Assembly (NCBI RefSeq): GCF_036321535.1
Contig: NC_087437.1
Coordinates: 121,584,001-121,648,000, forward strand
Source: Camelus dromedarius
Taxonomy: Eukaryota
Length of the DNA: 64,000 bases
Direction: 5' to 3'
The number at the start of each line of letters is the position of its first letter. Positions within the stretch are counted from its first letter, which is position 1. The notes below the pieces were generated by a model, which was given only the letters and a program-made list of their open reading frames with translations, did no database searches and was not told where the DNA came from. Below are positions 34,900-48,030 of the stretch, one piece after another. Position numbers and translations under genes: made by a program.

Positions 34900-36020
34900 T
34901 TGCAATGGCTTTACAGCAAGTTCCTTCTGTCCTTTCAAAACGTCTCAGTGAATCCTGGACATTTTCTCTTCCACATGAAGTTTTGAGTCAGCTGTTTTCA
35001 AACCAACCCTGTTGGCACTTTTATCGGAATTGCACTGAGTGTATGAGCGCAATTTGGAGAACTGCCATCGGTGTGGTGGGGTGTCCTGCTCAGGCCTGGG
35101 TCTGTCCCTTGAGGTATTTAGAACTTCAGTAACGTTTTCCAGCTTTCTTTTATTTCAGAATCGCTCATTTCTTGGTTTGTTCCTGGGTTTTATTGCTGTC
35201 ACGAATGGGACACCTTTCCTCATGAAAGGTTTCAGTTATATACTGCTGTTGTAATAAATGCGATTGTTTTTGTATGTTGACCTTAAAATTGGCCACTTTT
35301 AATTCTAATGATTTGCCAGCTGATTGTTTTGGATTTTCTAGGCAAATAGTCCTGTAATTATGCAAATCATTGTGTTTTTATCTCTGCCTTTCTAGTATTT
35401 GCACTTCATGTATATATATTCTTGCATTATTACACTCATTAGGACTGCAGTGTAAAATGAGGTATCTTTCTCTTGTTTCTACGTGTAATGTGAATGGCTC
35501 TAAAGCGAGGGTCTGCAGACTATGGCCAGGGGCCAAATCCAGCCCACAGTCGTCTCTTTGTAGATAATGTTATTGGCACACACCATTCCCACTCATTTTC
35601 ATGTCGTCTCCTGCTTCTGCGCTACGACAGCAACGACAAGCAGTTGGTTCAGACCACGTGGCCCCAAAACCCTGAATGTTTGCTCTCGGGCCCTTCATGC
35701 AAGCTCTCTGCTCCAGCGTGTTGCGTGCGGCGTCAGAGGCCGGGGGCTTCCCTGCCGCCCCGGCTTCCTGAGGCTCTTGCAGTTGTGGGTGCTTGAAATT
35801 TGGTGTAAAAGCGTTAACTTGTACCAAATGGTTTTTGGAGGACTGACTGTCTTTCGAGATGATCAAGGAGTCGTCCTCTTTTTAATCTCTTAACGTGTGG
35901 AATTATGCTAGCATTTCAGAATGCTGACTCATCCTTGCATTCCTGAGATAAGGCTTCCCTTGCTCCTGGTGCGTCGGATTGGGATTCCGTTTGTCAAAGC
36001 TTTATTTAGAGTAACCACGT
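34900..36020 (-). mobile_element. Old L1 ORF2 fragments (interrupted by a MER58-like element)
   Basis: T-rich plus strand with GATTGTTTTTGTATGTTGACCTT and TTTGGATTTTCTAGGCAAATA. The minus translation ICLENPKQSAGKSLEL resembles the L1 RT region. Confidence 0.75.
35505..35712 (+). mobile_element. MER58-like hAT MITE
   Basis: GGTCTGCAGACTATGGCCAGGGGCCAAATCCAGCCC...TTATTGGCACACACC..CACTCATTT...GACCACGTGGCCCCAAAACCCTGAATGTTTGCTCT. Confidence 0.75.
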
Positions 36021-37709
36021 CCCTGTCACAAACCGTGGCCCCGCTGTGGCGGGATGGGCGGTGTGTGTGGTCCCCACCGCCGGTTTTCGGGCTCTGACTA
36101 CCTGCGTGGAATGGATCACGGTGCTTTCTCTTTTTCTGTGCTGGGGAGCAGTAGTGGCTCTTCACAGCGGCCCTTCTGCGTCGAGCTCTTGCTGTGCCAC
36201 GGGCACAGCTCCGTGCGTTTTACGAGAGTTAAGTCTTTAACCTGCAACGAACCCGTGAACAAGGCACCATTCTCATGTCCGGGGCGCAGGCTGTTTCGGG
36301 GGCCAGCCCAGGGTCGCCCGGCTGGTAGGAGGTGGAGGTGGAACTGGAACTCAGCAGTCGGTCCCCAGGGCTTGGGTCCTGAACGCGGGACTTCCTGTCT
36401 CCCCTTTGCAGAGCGATTACCCTGTAAAGGTGGCAGAATCACAAGAAACTGGTGCCGCTTCAGGGGCAAAACTGCAGCTACTTTTTTTCCCGTGCCCCTC
36501 CCCCACCGCTGGAATTACTGAATCTATTTCTACTGAGTCAGCTTTGTACTTTGTATTTTCAAGAAAATCGTCCATTTAATCTAGCTCCTAAATTTACCAC
36601 TACAAAATGGAACATGATAGTTCCATAACTTCTCAATGTCCCATCCTCTTTTTTTCTTTCTCCCTTTGTTCTGGGGACAGTGTGCGTGTCCCAGGTATGG
36701 CCCTCTGTCACCCCCGGAGTCCCCTGAGTGAGGCCGGGTGGCGGGGCCGGCGGCTGACTCCGAGCTGCCGCTGACGGGCCCCCTGGGCGCGCTCGGACGC
36801 GTGCCCACCCGCCCTGCAGGACGCGCACGGGAACTGCTGCCGTCACCGAGCCACTCTGGTTTTCAGCGCTTACCTAAGGGACCTTTATCCCAGAGATTAG
36901 CTCGTGGCTTGGTTTTCGCACATCCAATGAAGAACGTATCTGATGGCGCAGGGGAAAACACCTCAACGTGAAGTTACTGAACATTTAAAAAGATGACACA
37001 GAAGCATTTTTAAGAATAACCCACTTAAAATTCCTTGAAGAGTTCCCTTCTCTGAATTTTGTTAGTTGACAGAAATGTGCTGAGAAAGGTATTTATCATA
37101 AGAATCATATAATAAAATTACATCTACCAAGATCGATTCAAAATCGGGGAAGCTTCTCCTTCAGTGAGTGATAGTGACATGCTGTCAAAGTGTGGTGAAC
37201 ACAAGGTCTCAGAGGAGGAAAGATACTGCTTTGTGAGCACGCAGTTGGCTGCGGTCAGTGCCTGGGGTGATGCAGGCTGGCAGACCGCGTGGTCTGGGCT
37301 GTTCCCTTCGGGAAAGATGGCATGCTTCTGGCCGAGCTGCTGGAGCAGGGTCGGAGCTGGAGAAAGCAGGTGAGGCTCGCATCGCAATCCTTGTCCATGG
37401 GAACCTTTCAGACCAGAGAGCCACATCTGGGCAAATAGTTCCAAAGGGGCTTAAACCCAGAGCCCAAAACAGCACCTGGGGACATGGGTGCTGGGACAAT
37501 TTCACAATTAAATGGAATTTGTGCCAAATACCAAATATTAAAATACAGTAGTTAAAGCCAACTTGTGCTGAGGTTTGTCAAATGCCCTGAGGGGCTGGTT
37601 CTCAGGGGCCCTCAGAGGAGGGCCCCCTGCGTCCACGTGCTGGGGAGGGCTCTTGGCTGCAGAGTGAGAACTGAGCTCCCAGGGACTTGGGCTAAGAGAT
37701 GAATGTCCC

Positions 37710-38796
37710 GCCTATTCAAACTTACCAGCCTTTGCACAGCAAAGAAAACCATCGACAAGATGGAAAGTCAGCCTACGACTGGGAGAAAATGTGCGCTTGA
37801 CAAGGGCTTACTCTCCAAATACGCACACAGCTCCTTCTGCGCAATAGCAAACGCGAAACTAAACAGCCAGCCCAGTCAAAGTCTAGGCAGAAGACCTAAA
37901 CAGACGTGTCTCCCAGGAAGACGCACAGGCGGCCAAGAGGCACATGAGGAGGGGGTCTATGCTGCTAATTGTCAGAGAAACGCAGATCAAACCCACAACG
38001 AGGCGTCACCTCACATGGGCCAGAATGGCCGTCACCAAAAAGTCCACAATGATAAATGCTGGAGAGCGTGTGGAGAAAGGGGCCCCTTACATTGTGATGG
38101 GAATGTAGTTTGATGCAGCTGTTATGGAAAACAGTACAGAGATTTCTCAAAAAACTAAAAATAGTCTTACCATCCAATCCAGCAGTCCCACTCCTGGGCA
38201 TGTATCCTGAAAAGATGAAAACTCTAGTTCAAAAAGACACCTGCACCCCAGTGCTCACAGAAGCACTGTTTACAACAGGCAAGACATGGAAACAGCCTAA
38301 ACATCCATCAGTGGATGACTGGGTAAAGATGCTGTGGTGTATGTACACAATGGAATACTACTCAGCCATCAAAAAGAATGAAATATTCCCATTTGCAGCA
38401 ACACGGATGGACCTAGAGATGATCCTACTGAGTGCAGTAAGTCAGACAGAGAAAGACAAATGTCATATGATATCATTTATATGTGGAATCTGAAAAATAA
38501 TGCAAATGAACTTATTTAGAAAACAGAAACAGGCTCACAGACACAGAAAACAAACTTCAGGGGGCGGGGGCGGGAGGCATAAAGCAGGAGCTTGGGACTA
38601 GCAGATGCACGCCGCTATGTGTAAGACAGATAAGCCACGAGGACTTACCGTGAAACACATGGAACACTGTGCAATATCTTGCAGTGACCTACGATGGAAA
38701 ATAATCTGAAAAACAATACATATATATAACCAAATCACTTTGCTGCACATTGAAACTACCACAATACTGTCAATCAACTATAATCCAATTTAAAAA
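37710..38796 (+). mobile_element. 5'-truncated L1 (ORF2 C-terminus and 3' UTR)
   Basis: Translation [29 protein letters not shown]...MEYYSAIKKNEIFPFAATRMDLE. Possible decayed target-site duplication AAGAGATGAATGTCC (37694-37708) versus GAGAGGAAAATGTCC (38801-38815). Confidence 0.95.
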
Positions 38797-41700
38797 GGGA
38801 GAGAGGAAAATGTCCTGGATTCTAGAGCAACAGCCAGAGTGGGAGAGAAGGAAGAGATCTGGGGACCCCCGGTGCCCCTGGATCCTCAATCTCTCTGTCT
38901 CCGTCTCCCCCCACCCTCTCTCCTCTCCTTCCCCGTCTCCTCCCCCACCCCATCTCTATCTCCCTGTCTTCTCTCCCTGTGGGGCACCCACAGCTCAGGG
39001 GGTGGCCACCTAGGAAGTCAGCAGAACACACTTCCAGAAACTCGGGCCCCGGAGGGTCCCTGGGGGCTGTGTTGATCACAGGAGGCAGAGGTGCTAGAGT
39101 TTGGTGGCCTTTGGAAGCCGCCTGGTCTTACAGACCCAGACGGTCGTCAAGGCAGTGGGCACTGCAGCACCGACCCCAGCTGGGCCGCTCCCCAGGCTCC
39201 CAGAGGTGAGAAGCTCCTGGAGACAGAAGGCTGGGCCCAGACGCCTCAGAGGTGTGGCCCCGCGTTCACACGCACACCATCATCACCCCAGCAAGTCTCC
39301 TGGGCCCACAGCCCCCAGAGTGAAGGCATCGGGTCTAGAGGAGGCTTCCCAGGGCTCATGGTCCACCCAGTCCCTGGGGACACGTGGGAAGTGTCCCATC
39401 GGAGACCGCAGGGATGGGATTTCCGTTGCCTAACTGGACGACTCACAGCGAACCACAGCGTTCTGTCTTGATCTCACGGAACTGGGAAAGCCCAGATCGT
39501 GAGAACGTCAGAAGAATTCCTGTGAAAGCCAGCGGGAGCTGTGCAGGCGGCCACGGTGGCCAGCGCCCTGGGAACCTCTGCACCGGAACTCGCCCCAGGA
39601 GTCGAGCCCGCCCCTGCTCCCCCAGAGCAGACCCCATGGGGCCCCGTCCGTCACCCCTGCTCCAGGGCCCTCCCTCTCTGTCCCACCCGATCCACCCTCC
39701 TCCTCACGGCCCTGCTTCCCCCCCGGGGGAGGCCAGCGCAAATGTCCCTCTCCCCATCGCACAGCTGAAGCCTCTGGGGAATCTGGGAAGAGCTGGTGAG
39801 ACCCTGAGCGCGTGTAGTCCAGGGGCCACCTGCACCCCCTCGTGTCCCGGACGCCCCCACACACCCACCGCCACCTCCTCCCTCGTCCACTCGTCCTTCC
39901 TACTGGTCCGTCCCCCTCAGCACAGAGCACCTTTCAGCGCCTCTTGTCCTAGCCTGAGGCCACCCAACCAGAGCCCGCCCCGGGGCTCTCCCTCACCTCC
40001 TCCCAACCCCTCGCTCTCAGCCTGGGCAGTCCCGTCTCTCAGATTTCTTCCCCTCTGCACTTCACTTGGTTTTTGTGAACACCCTCCTCAGGTCTGTCTC
40101 CTCCCTGTGGCCCCCTCTCTGGTCTCATGCCAGAAACTCCATAGGTTTTGTTGCACAGACAAGGGAGGGAACAGCTTTGACCTGAGCGCCCAGAGGGTCT
40201 GGGGTTCCCACCTCTCAGGGACCCTCTAGCTCTGCTCCATGGGAGGGAGGTGGGCAGGGATCGCCCTGTGCTGCCCGGAGCAAGTGTTCTTCAGTCCTCA
40301 CAGCGACCGGGCTGAGGGGGTGGCATCAATCCTGAGGTCCCTGGGACCTACGCCAGGCAAGAGATCCTGGACCCACCCCCACCTGCCTCCCTGCGGACAC
40401 ACTGCCTGCTCTCCCCAGCTCCCAGGCCCAGCCTCCCAGACAAGCAGCCCCTGGGCAATGATGGAGCCAGCTCCAGTTGACCAGTCGGCTGACCAGTTGG
40501 CTGAACAATTGAAACCACTTCCTTCCATCCTGGGGTGCTCAACTCCAGCCATGAGCGAAGGGACCCGGTCAGGGCCCTGTCAGGGGACCGGGTTTGGTCC
40601 TGATTCTGCCTCTCGGGGGCAGCTTGTTTGCCTTTTCCTGGCCTCCATTTCCCCTCGCCAATGCCCAGAGGTCGGACCAAGCCAGCAGGTCCTCACATAG
40701 GGCTGGGGATGGGGCTGGAGTCCTGGGGTGGGTAGGAAGGCGCCCAGATCCCCGTCTGCCTGTGGGCCTCTGGGGACGAGGCTGCTGAGCCCAGGGTCAG
40801 GCTCCGTCTACCCTCCTCTGGGTCCTGCTGACCTGAGTGGCCTCCAGCACTGCCGGGACCCGACATGGGTGCCTCCCGGCGCTGCCACTGATGTTTGAGT
40901 CAGCGTCTGCCGAGCACCTGGGGGCCGTGACACTTGCGCGGCCAGAGGAGCCGGCTTCTCTGACCAGCCCTCGGGGCTGTGACCCCTCGACTCCTCCAAG
41001 GAGAAGCCAGGGCACCTCCCGTCCTGTGACCAGGGCACGTCCAGGGCACTGATCTTTGTCAAGGAGAGGGGATGGATGTGTTCTCCGGGGGGGGCGGGGG
41101 TGTGGTGGGGGAGGAATACCAGACTGACAGGCGGGGAGGGGTGGGAATTTGAGATTTCCACGTGAACTCTAAGAATCCGAGCAGCGCTGCTCACTTCACG
41201 CTTAAAATATTTACTTGGAGACGCTGGAGTTTTAAAGTTCAGCGTCACAACAGCCAGGCAACGGGCCAGGAGGAGGGGCTGGGGAAGTGGTTCTGGGCCC
41301 TTTCATCTCAAAACATGCGCGGAGCAGCCTCCCTCCCACTCAGAGGAGGTGGCTCAGCCCTGGGCTGGGGAACTGCCCCCCAGCCGCTCCTGGGGGCTGG
41401 GAGGTGGCCCCAGGGACGGGCCCCAAGCCATGGCCTCACACCCTGGAGTGTGGACAACCTTTCTGCCGTCCCGAGGGAAATGGTTATCTCTCCAATCAGA
41501 GACGGGTGGCGGAGCAGGGCCTGCCTGTGCCAAAGCCAGATGTGTCCTCTTGGTCCCGGGTGTACGGGGAATCCATCAGTGTCCATGACGGGAAGTCTGT
41601 AGGCTGGATGGCTTTTCCTTCGGTTCTCATGAGCCAGACGCATTCCACAAACGAGCTCATGTCCGAGGGGTGGCCAGCTGCTGTGTGCAGAGTCCTCAAT

Positions 41701-42299
41701 GCCTGGCTCCAGGCTGGCTTCACCAGCTCCCACCAACCAGCTGTGCGGAGAGGCCGGGGCCCCTGAGACAGCAGGCCTCCAGTGCCCAGCTGCCCGCCCG
41801 CATGGACCCACCTCTGCCCACAGCCAGCGTGCTGCTGGCTCCCCCTACCCCACGCCCCCAACTTCTCATCCCTGGAGCGTGATGGGCAGTGCTGCCCCCT
41901 CTCCCGCTGTAACTGGGGGGCTGCGTGAAGCCACAGGTGCGTCCACAGAAGTTGGCATCTAGGTGCCCACGGAGGCCCTGCCTTGGTGTCTAGCCGGGGA
42001 AAGCCAACCGAGAGCCCCTCCTTCCTCGCTGATTCTGCCTCCCTGAGCCCTGCGGAGCCCCAAATGCCTGGCTCCAGGGAGGCTGAGGGGCAGGGCCGCC
42101 CCAGCCGCCTGCTCCGGCCGACCTGGCATCGCGCAGAGACAGTCTGGAGGGCGGCCACTGGGGGGGCCGAAGAGCTGGCCTGCCCTGGCGAGCCACTGCC
42201 GGGTGTTAGCCACGTTTGAGAACAGAACTGCAGCCATGACACTCACTGCTGGTAAGACTTCAGACGTGTTCTACCCAAGTACACCATCCAGGATGTGTC

Positions 42300-42612
42300 A
42301 CAGGCTGAGCCCCAGCGCCTCAGAATGTGATCTTCTTTGGAGGTGGGTCTTTAGAGAGGTAATTAAGGTTAAATGAGGTCCCTGGGGCGGTGTCCTTACA
42401 AGAAAGGAGAGCAGGACACAGACACACACACAGGGACGACCACGTGGGGACACAGGAGAACGCGGCCGTCCGCACTCCCAGGAGAGAGGCCTTGGGAGGG
42501 ACCAGCCCTGACACACCTGGACCTCGGGCTGGCAGCCTCCAGGCTGTGAGAAAATGTTTCTGTGTTTGAGCCTCTGGTGCGTGGTATTTCACAGGAGCCT
42601 GAGCTGAGACAG
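42300..42612 (+). mobile_element. MLT1 (ERVL-MaLR) solo LTR
   Basis: CTCAGAATGTGATCTTCTTTGGAGGTGGGTCTTTAGAGAGGTAATTAAGGTTAAATGAGGTC...GCCTCCAGGCTGTGAGAAAATGTTTCTG. Confidence 0.85.
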
Positions 42613-44268
42613 ATGGTGCTGTTGGGTTAGCCCTTGGCCATCCCTCTTTCAGCCAAAACAGGGGTGTGCGGGGCAGCCTCCCGGGCTTCACAGGCCGGGC
42701 CTCTGTGCAGAGGGGGTCCTGGGCGTTCAAGGGAGGCCTCCTGCCAGAGCCTCCCTCCGACACTGTGATAGAAAGGGCACAGCCTCCTGCCGGCGCCGCC
42801 CTGACGGAGGGACACGTGGCGGCTCGCTAACCCTCCTGACCTTGCCGCACCGCGCAGGCGGGGACCCCGAGGCGGGCAGGGCCATCAGGCCGCCTATCCC
42901 AGCCACACAGCCACGCCCTCTACTGTCTGAGCCCCCAGCCAAAAGGTGCCCAGTTGCCACTTGGTGAAACAGGACTGAATAAAGGTGAACGAGACGGTCC
43001 TCTGGTGGTGGAGACCCGGGGCCCGCGGGGTGCTTTGAAACATCCCTGGTGGCCTTTCCTCGAATCTCACTGTCAGGAGTCCTCGGGGGCTGTGCTTCTG
43101 ACGTTTTTCAGCCACTGCTTCAGTTTGGTCCTAGAATCCTTCCTTTTGATCCTGGAGCCAGAGAGGGCTTCTGGTCACAGCCCACCCCACGCAGAAGCCT
43201 CGCCCACCACCTCGGGGCCACGCGGGCCAGGCGGCTGTCCACGGCGCGGCGGTGTGGAGGTGCAGCCCCGACGTCAGCCACAGCACGGGGCTCCCTCGCG
43301 GCTCACAGACCTGTGTGCTCGGGGCCTGGCCTCCTGAGGTCCACCCCGCACGTGCAGCCCCCACATGCACTCCTCACTGTGGGTCCCCCCACGAGCCTCC
43401 ATCGCCCCAAACAACCCAGGATGAAAGCAGAAGCATGTGCAGAGTCAAGTCCAAACCCGGCCCTGCGGCCTCCCTAGCCATGTCCCCCCTGGTGCCCACG
43501 GAGCCTGGGCCAGCCAGACCACGAGCCTTCCCTCTGCTGGCAGTGGTCCTGCCCAGCAGCCCCCCATTAGGGAGGGAAGCAGACAGCTGTCAAGCATCAC
43601 GGGCGTGATCCAATTTACACACGCAAAACGTGATCGTGTGAGTACTCACATTTGATATGCTGTTAAAAACTAAACTCCATGCCTCACCTCCCCGACCCCC
43701 AGCTCAGATCGTGGTTCCCACGGGGCCGGCTTCTCAGCCCCACCGCCCGGAGCAGGTGCGCCGGGTCCCCGCCGCCCACCTTCTCCTTGGCTTCGGGGGC
43801 CACAGCCCTGTGCACCCCCAGTGCCCTTCACCCTGAGTGGCCTTGTCTGGCTCCCTGCAGGACCTGTGTTCGGACCTGTCCTTGGGGGTGAAGCAGAGCA
43901 AGGCCGAGGAAGGCCAGGAGGGAGGGGCGCCTGGAGTCGATGTTCTAGAGACAGAAGATCCTGCAGCAGGATGTTTTCACATTGAACTTTCCTAGGGACA
44001 GCACCAGGATTAACCAAGATTGCGTTTTAAATAAACACTTGTTTAAAGCGTCCTGAGAGTGCCCTGCTATGCGATCTTTTGCTTGCTTTCTTTTTATTTT
44101 TGAAGAATATTATTTAGACATTCTTGCCACAAAGCATTATGTGTTCATTTTAGAAAATTCCAACAAGCGAAACATAGAAAATCAAAACAAACACAGTTCC
44201 ACGCCCCGGAGATGGGACTGCGTTTTGGACAGTTCTCCAGCACATCCTTCCAGCCTCGTCCACCGGGG

Positions 44269-44392
44269 CACGTGTGTGTGTCTGTGCGTGGGTGTATGTA
44301 CGTGGATGCGTGCGCATGTCTGTGCACATAGATGTGTGCATGCGTGCAGCTGTGTGTGCATGGATGTGTGCGTGTGCGTGCAGGTCGTGTCA
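44269..44392. repeat. Imperfect (TG)n / RY tract
   Basis: CACGTGTGTGTGTCTGTGCGTGGGTGTATGTACGTGGATGCGTGCGCATG... Confidence 0.8.
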
Positions 44393-47288
44393 CGTCACCG
44401 ACACCTCCCGCCTCACTGCACTCTTACGTGGTGAGGGACTTACTGATCTGTGAGGACTCCTGCTTTTCTATACCTTGCAAGTATATTTTCACAGTTTCCC
44501 TCTTTTTTTGGTTAAAAACAAGCCCCTTTAAGCTCCCAGTGACGTTGGTTGGATTGATGGCTGATCTGTTGTAACTAAAGTCCAGGGCAAGAATTTGAAC
44601 AAATGTGTCTGTAAATTCCATGTACAGTAATTTTTGATACAGAGACACTTGATTTGTACAAAGACAACCACGACTTCTGGGTTTCCTTTTTGATGTCAAG
44701 CTTCAAAACACGTGTCCCAGCACAAAAGTGGTCCGCCTCAGGGACACAGGGCCCACAGTGGTTAAAAGTGACTTGAAGTCGCACTGCTCCCCACACGTCT
44801 GCTCAGAGAGGACATTTTCACTTAAGACTTCACTGAGTTTGAAAACTCAGGCAGGCGGCTTGAACTTCCTGGATACTGTCAGTCCCACGGGGTCCAGCGC
44901 GGGAATCTCCGAGACCAGGCCAAGTTCAGGAACCCCGCCCGGTTCAGGTCAGCAGGTGGGGCGGCTGCAGGTGGACAGACTTCCCAGTTCGGGGTGTGAC
45001 CACACTTCCTGCCTCTGTCTCCCCCAGCTCCCAGCCCACTGGTGGCTGCTTCTGACCCTCTGGGGCTGGGCTGGGCGGGAGGGCGTCCGGCTGGGGGCGT
45101 CTTCCTTGACAGGAATGTCCTCAGGGGCTCGTGAAGCCAACAAAGATTTCATTTTGTGCCAGCTTTGCCCTGCGGGGCCCTTGAACGTCAATGCCACTGA
45201 CATGGTGCCTCCCTTTCCCAGGGGTCCCCCAAGACCCTGGCTCTCCCGATTCTGTCCGGTGAGGACCCAGCCCTCCAGTGGCCTTTGGGCAGAAAGACAG
45301 ACAGACAGCCATTCTCTTACAGAGTGAATGCACGTCCAGGGGACACACCACACAGTCTTGCGGTGGCAGATGGACAGTCGCCGATTCTCTGTGCAAACTC
45401 CACAGCTGCCTCCAGACCCAACCTGACCCAACCCAGGGCGGCCTGTCCGACTGTCAGCACTACCCCACCGAGAGTCCACTCCCACCCGTCACCCGGGGCC
45501 AGGCCTCCCAGGAACCCACCCACTGAGCCCCCATCACTCGGGAGAGGAGCCAATTCTCAGCCCCACCTGGGAAGACTCCTCCAGGGAGACCCTCACGTGC
45601 AGCTTGGCGCCTCCAGACAGCGTCCTGGGGCCACAGGGTCAACGCCAGCCTAACACCGTGAGATTTCTGACTGTGTTCCCATTGAACAGGTCACAACTTC
45701 TTGTAGAATTGGTTTGATAGTTGGCCGAGATCAGCTCCCTTTGTAAACCTGGTTTGCAAATGGTTAGCTGGTGTCTCCACTCAGCAGCAGTGGTGAGGGG
45801 CTGAGGCTTTGTTCAGGTACGGAGAGACTTGGGGTCCAAGGAAAAGCACGGGTCCCCTGCCAACCACCTGCCTGGGACCAGGGGAGGCTGGGGTGGGAGC
45901 GGGTCCCCTGCAAAGACTGGCCCCGCAGTTGTACACACAGCTGTCGAGGCCACCTGGCTGTGCTGGGGCAGGTGTGGACAGAGCCCTTGGCACGGCGACC
46001 TGGAGGCCGGGGCTCAGGTGGGGAGACACCCCCCTGGGGTCCTGGAGTCGGGGGCTGGAGCTGGGGTGGGGCGGGAGGCAGGAGGGCAGCAGGCTGCTTA
46101 AGGCCTTGTCACCGTGGACTGGAGGCCTGAGCCCGGGCAGGCGTGGGCCAGCTGCTGGGCTCGCGGGCTGAGGAGGGGAAGGCGGTCCCCACGCAGGTGA
46201 GAGTCCATCTGCACAGACTGGCTCAGCTCACGTGTGCCCCGTGGGTCAGGGCACAGGAAACAAGCCTGCCTGGGATGTGTCCTTGGGACCCAGAACCAGG
46301 CCTATGCATGGCAAGGCGGGCTGCGTGCCCAGGACCCAATGTCAGGGCCAAACAGTGGACAGGGCTCCAAGCCCAGGCTCTGGAGCCGGACCCCGGGTGG
46401 ATGCCCATGGTGGGCTCTCACGGGGGAGGAGGGAGCAGAGGTGGCTCCGGGCTGGGACAGACACGCCCGTATCGCCCACCCTCCATTCCGGGTGGCTGAG
46501 CAGGCAGTGTGCGCGGTGCTCGCCTCCCCACCTGGCCCCGCTGGTCCGAGGCCCCAGGCTGCCAGGGGAGCCGCTCCGGCTCCCTCCTCCTGTCCTGGCA
46601 GCGGCGGGTGGGGTCCCAGCGCCACCCCTCCTCGGAGCCCCGGGCGCTCACTCTGCGAGTCGGGCAGGTGCACCCTCCAAGGGCAGCAGCGAGGGCGAGC
46701 GCGGGAACCCCGCCCCACAGGAGCTGCCTCTTCTTCAAATTCAAATTTAAATTTCTAAACAGTTTCAAACATACCAAAAAGTTGCAGGACTAGCACAATA
46801 AATGCCATACATTCTTCCCCTAGAGACCCACTTGAGTGTTGAGTGTCACCAATTGTCCCGGTGAGGTCCTTGACAGCAGCACGACCCCCCCGGGCCAGGC
46901 GGCGTGTCCGATGGCCGCGTGTCCCTGTGCTCCCTCGGTCGGGAGCATTCCCCAGGCTTCCATGGACTTGCATTACCTGAATACTCTCGACGAGCGAAAC
47001 GTCCCCAGTTCAGGGTGCTGACGCTCCCCCGGCGAGACCTGCGCTGTCCCTGAGGGGCCGGCTCAGTGGGAGTGTCCTGTTGGGCAGTGGATGTGTCCAC
47101 ATGTCACTCCTGCCATCTGACGCCCCTGGGTCTGCAGGGTCACCCTGGAAAGGTGGCTCCTCTTTGCAATTTGTGTGCGTTTTATGGGGCACACGTGAGG
47201 ATGCCTCACTCCACCTTCACCACCAGTTACCATCTTCCCTGCTCCTAAAGCCTGAGTTCACGGTCACGGCGATGGCCGCCAAACACTG

Positions 47289-48030
47289 TTTTTTTTTTTA
47301 TTGAAGTATAGTCTGTTCACAGTGTTGTGTTAGTTTCTGGTGTGCAGCAAAGTGATTCAGTGACACGTGAATGTACACTCCTTTCCATATTCGTTTTCAT
47401 CATAGGCCGTTACAAGTTGTGAATGCAGTTTCCTGTGCTGCGCGGGTGTGTGTTTTCTACACAGCAGTCAGTACCTGCAAATTCCGAACTCCCAGTTTAT
47501 CCCTTCCCGCCCCCTGCCCCCCCGGCAATCCCAAGTTTGTTTTCTAAGTCTGTGAGTCTGTTTCTGTTTTGTAAGTAAGTTCATCGGTCCCATTTTTTCG
47601 GATTCTACACGTAAGTGATGTCATACAGTATTTTTCTTTCTCTACTTACTTCACTTAGTAGGACAATCTCTAGGTCCATCCACGTTGCTGCAAATGGCGT
47701 GATTTCATTCTTTTTTAATTCGCTGAGTAGTATTGCATCGCATAAACATGCCACACCTTCCTTACCCCGTCACCTGTGGATGGATGTGTAGGTGCTTCCC
47801 TGTCCGGCCGTTGTGGACAGTGCTGCTGGAGCACTGGGGTGCAGCTGTCTTTTTGAATTAGAGCTCCCTCTGGATGTGTGCCCGGGGCGGGACTGCTGGG
47901 TCACCGGGTGAGTCTGTTTCTAGTTTTTCACGGCCCCTCCACACTGCCCTCCGTCGTGGCCGCACCACCTGCGCTCCCACCGCCGTGCAGGGGGCCCCCT
48001 GTCCCCACATCGCCTCCAGCAAACGCTGAC
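47289..48030 (-). mobile_element. 5'-truncated L1 3' end, minus strand
   Basis: Starts with poly-T then ATTGAAGTATAG. Contains TTCTAAGTCTGTGAGTCTGTTTCTGTTTTGTAA and TCTAGGTCCATCCACGTTGCTGCAAATGGC, the reverse complement of the L1 tails at 27.3-27.7 and 38.4-38.8 kb. Confidence 0.92.
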
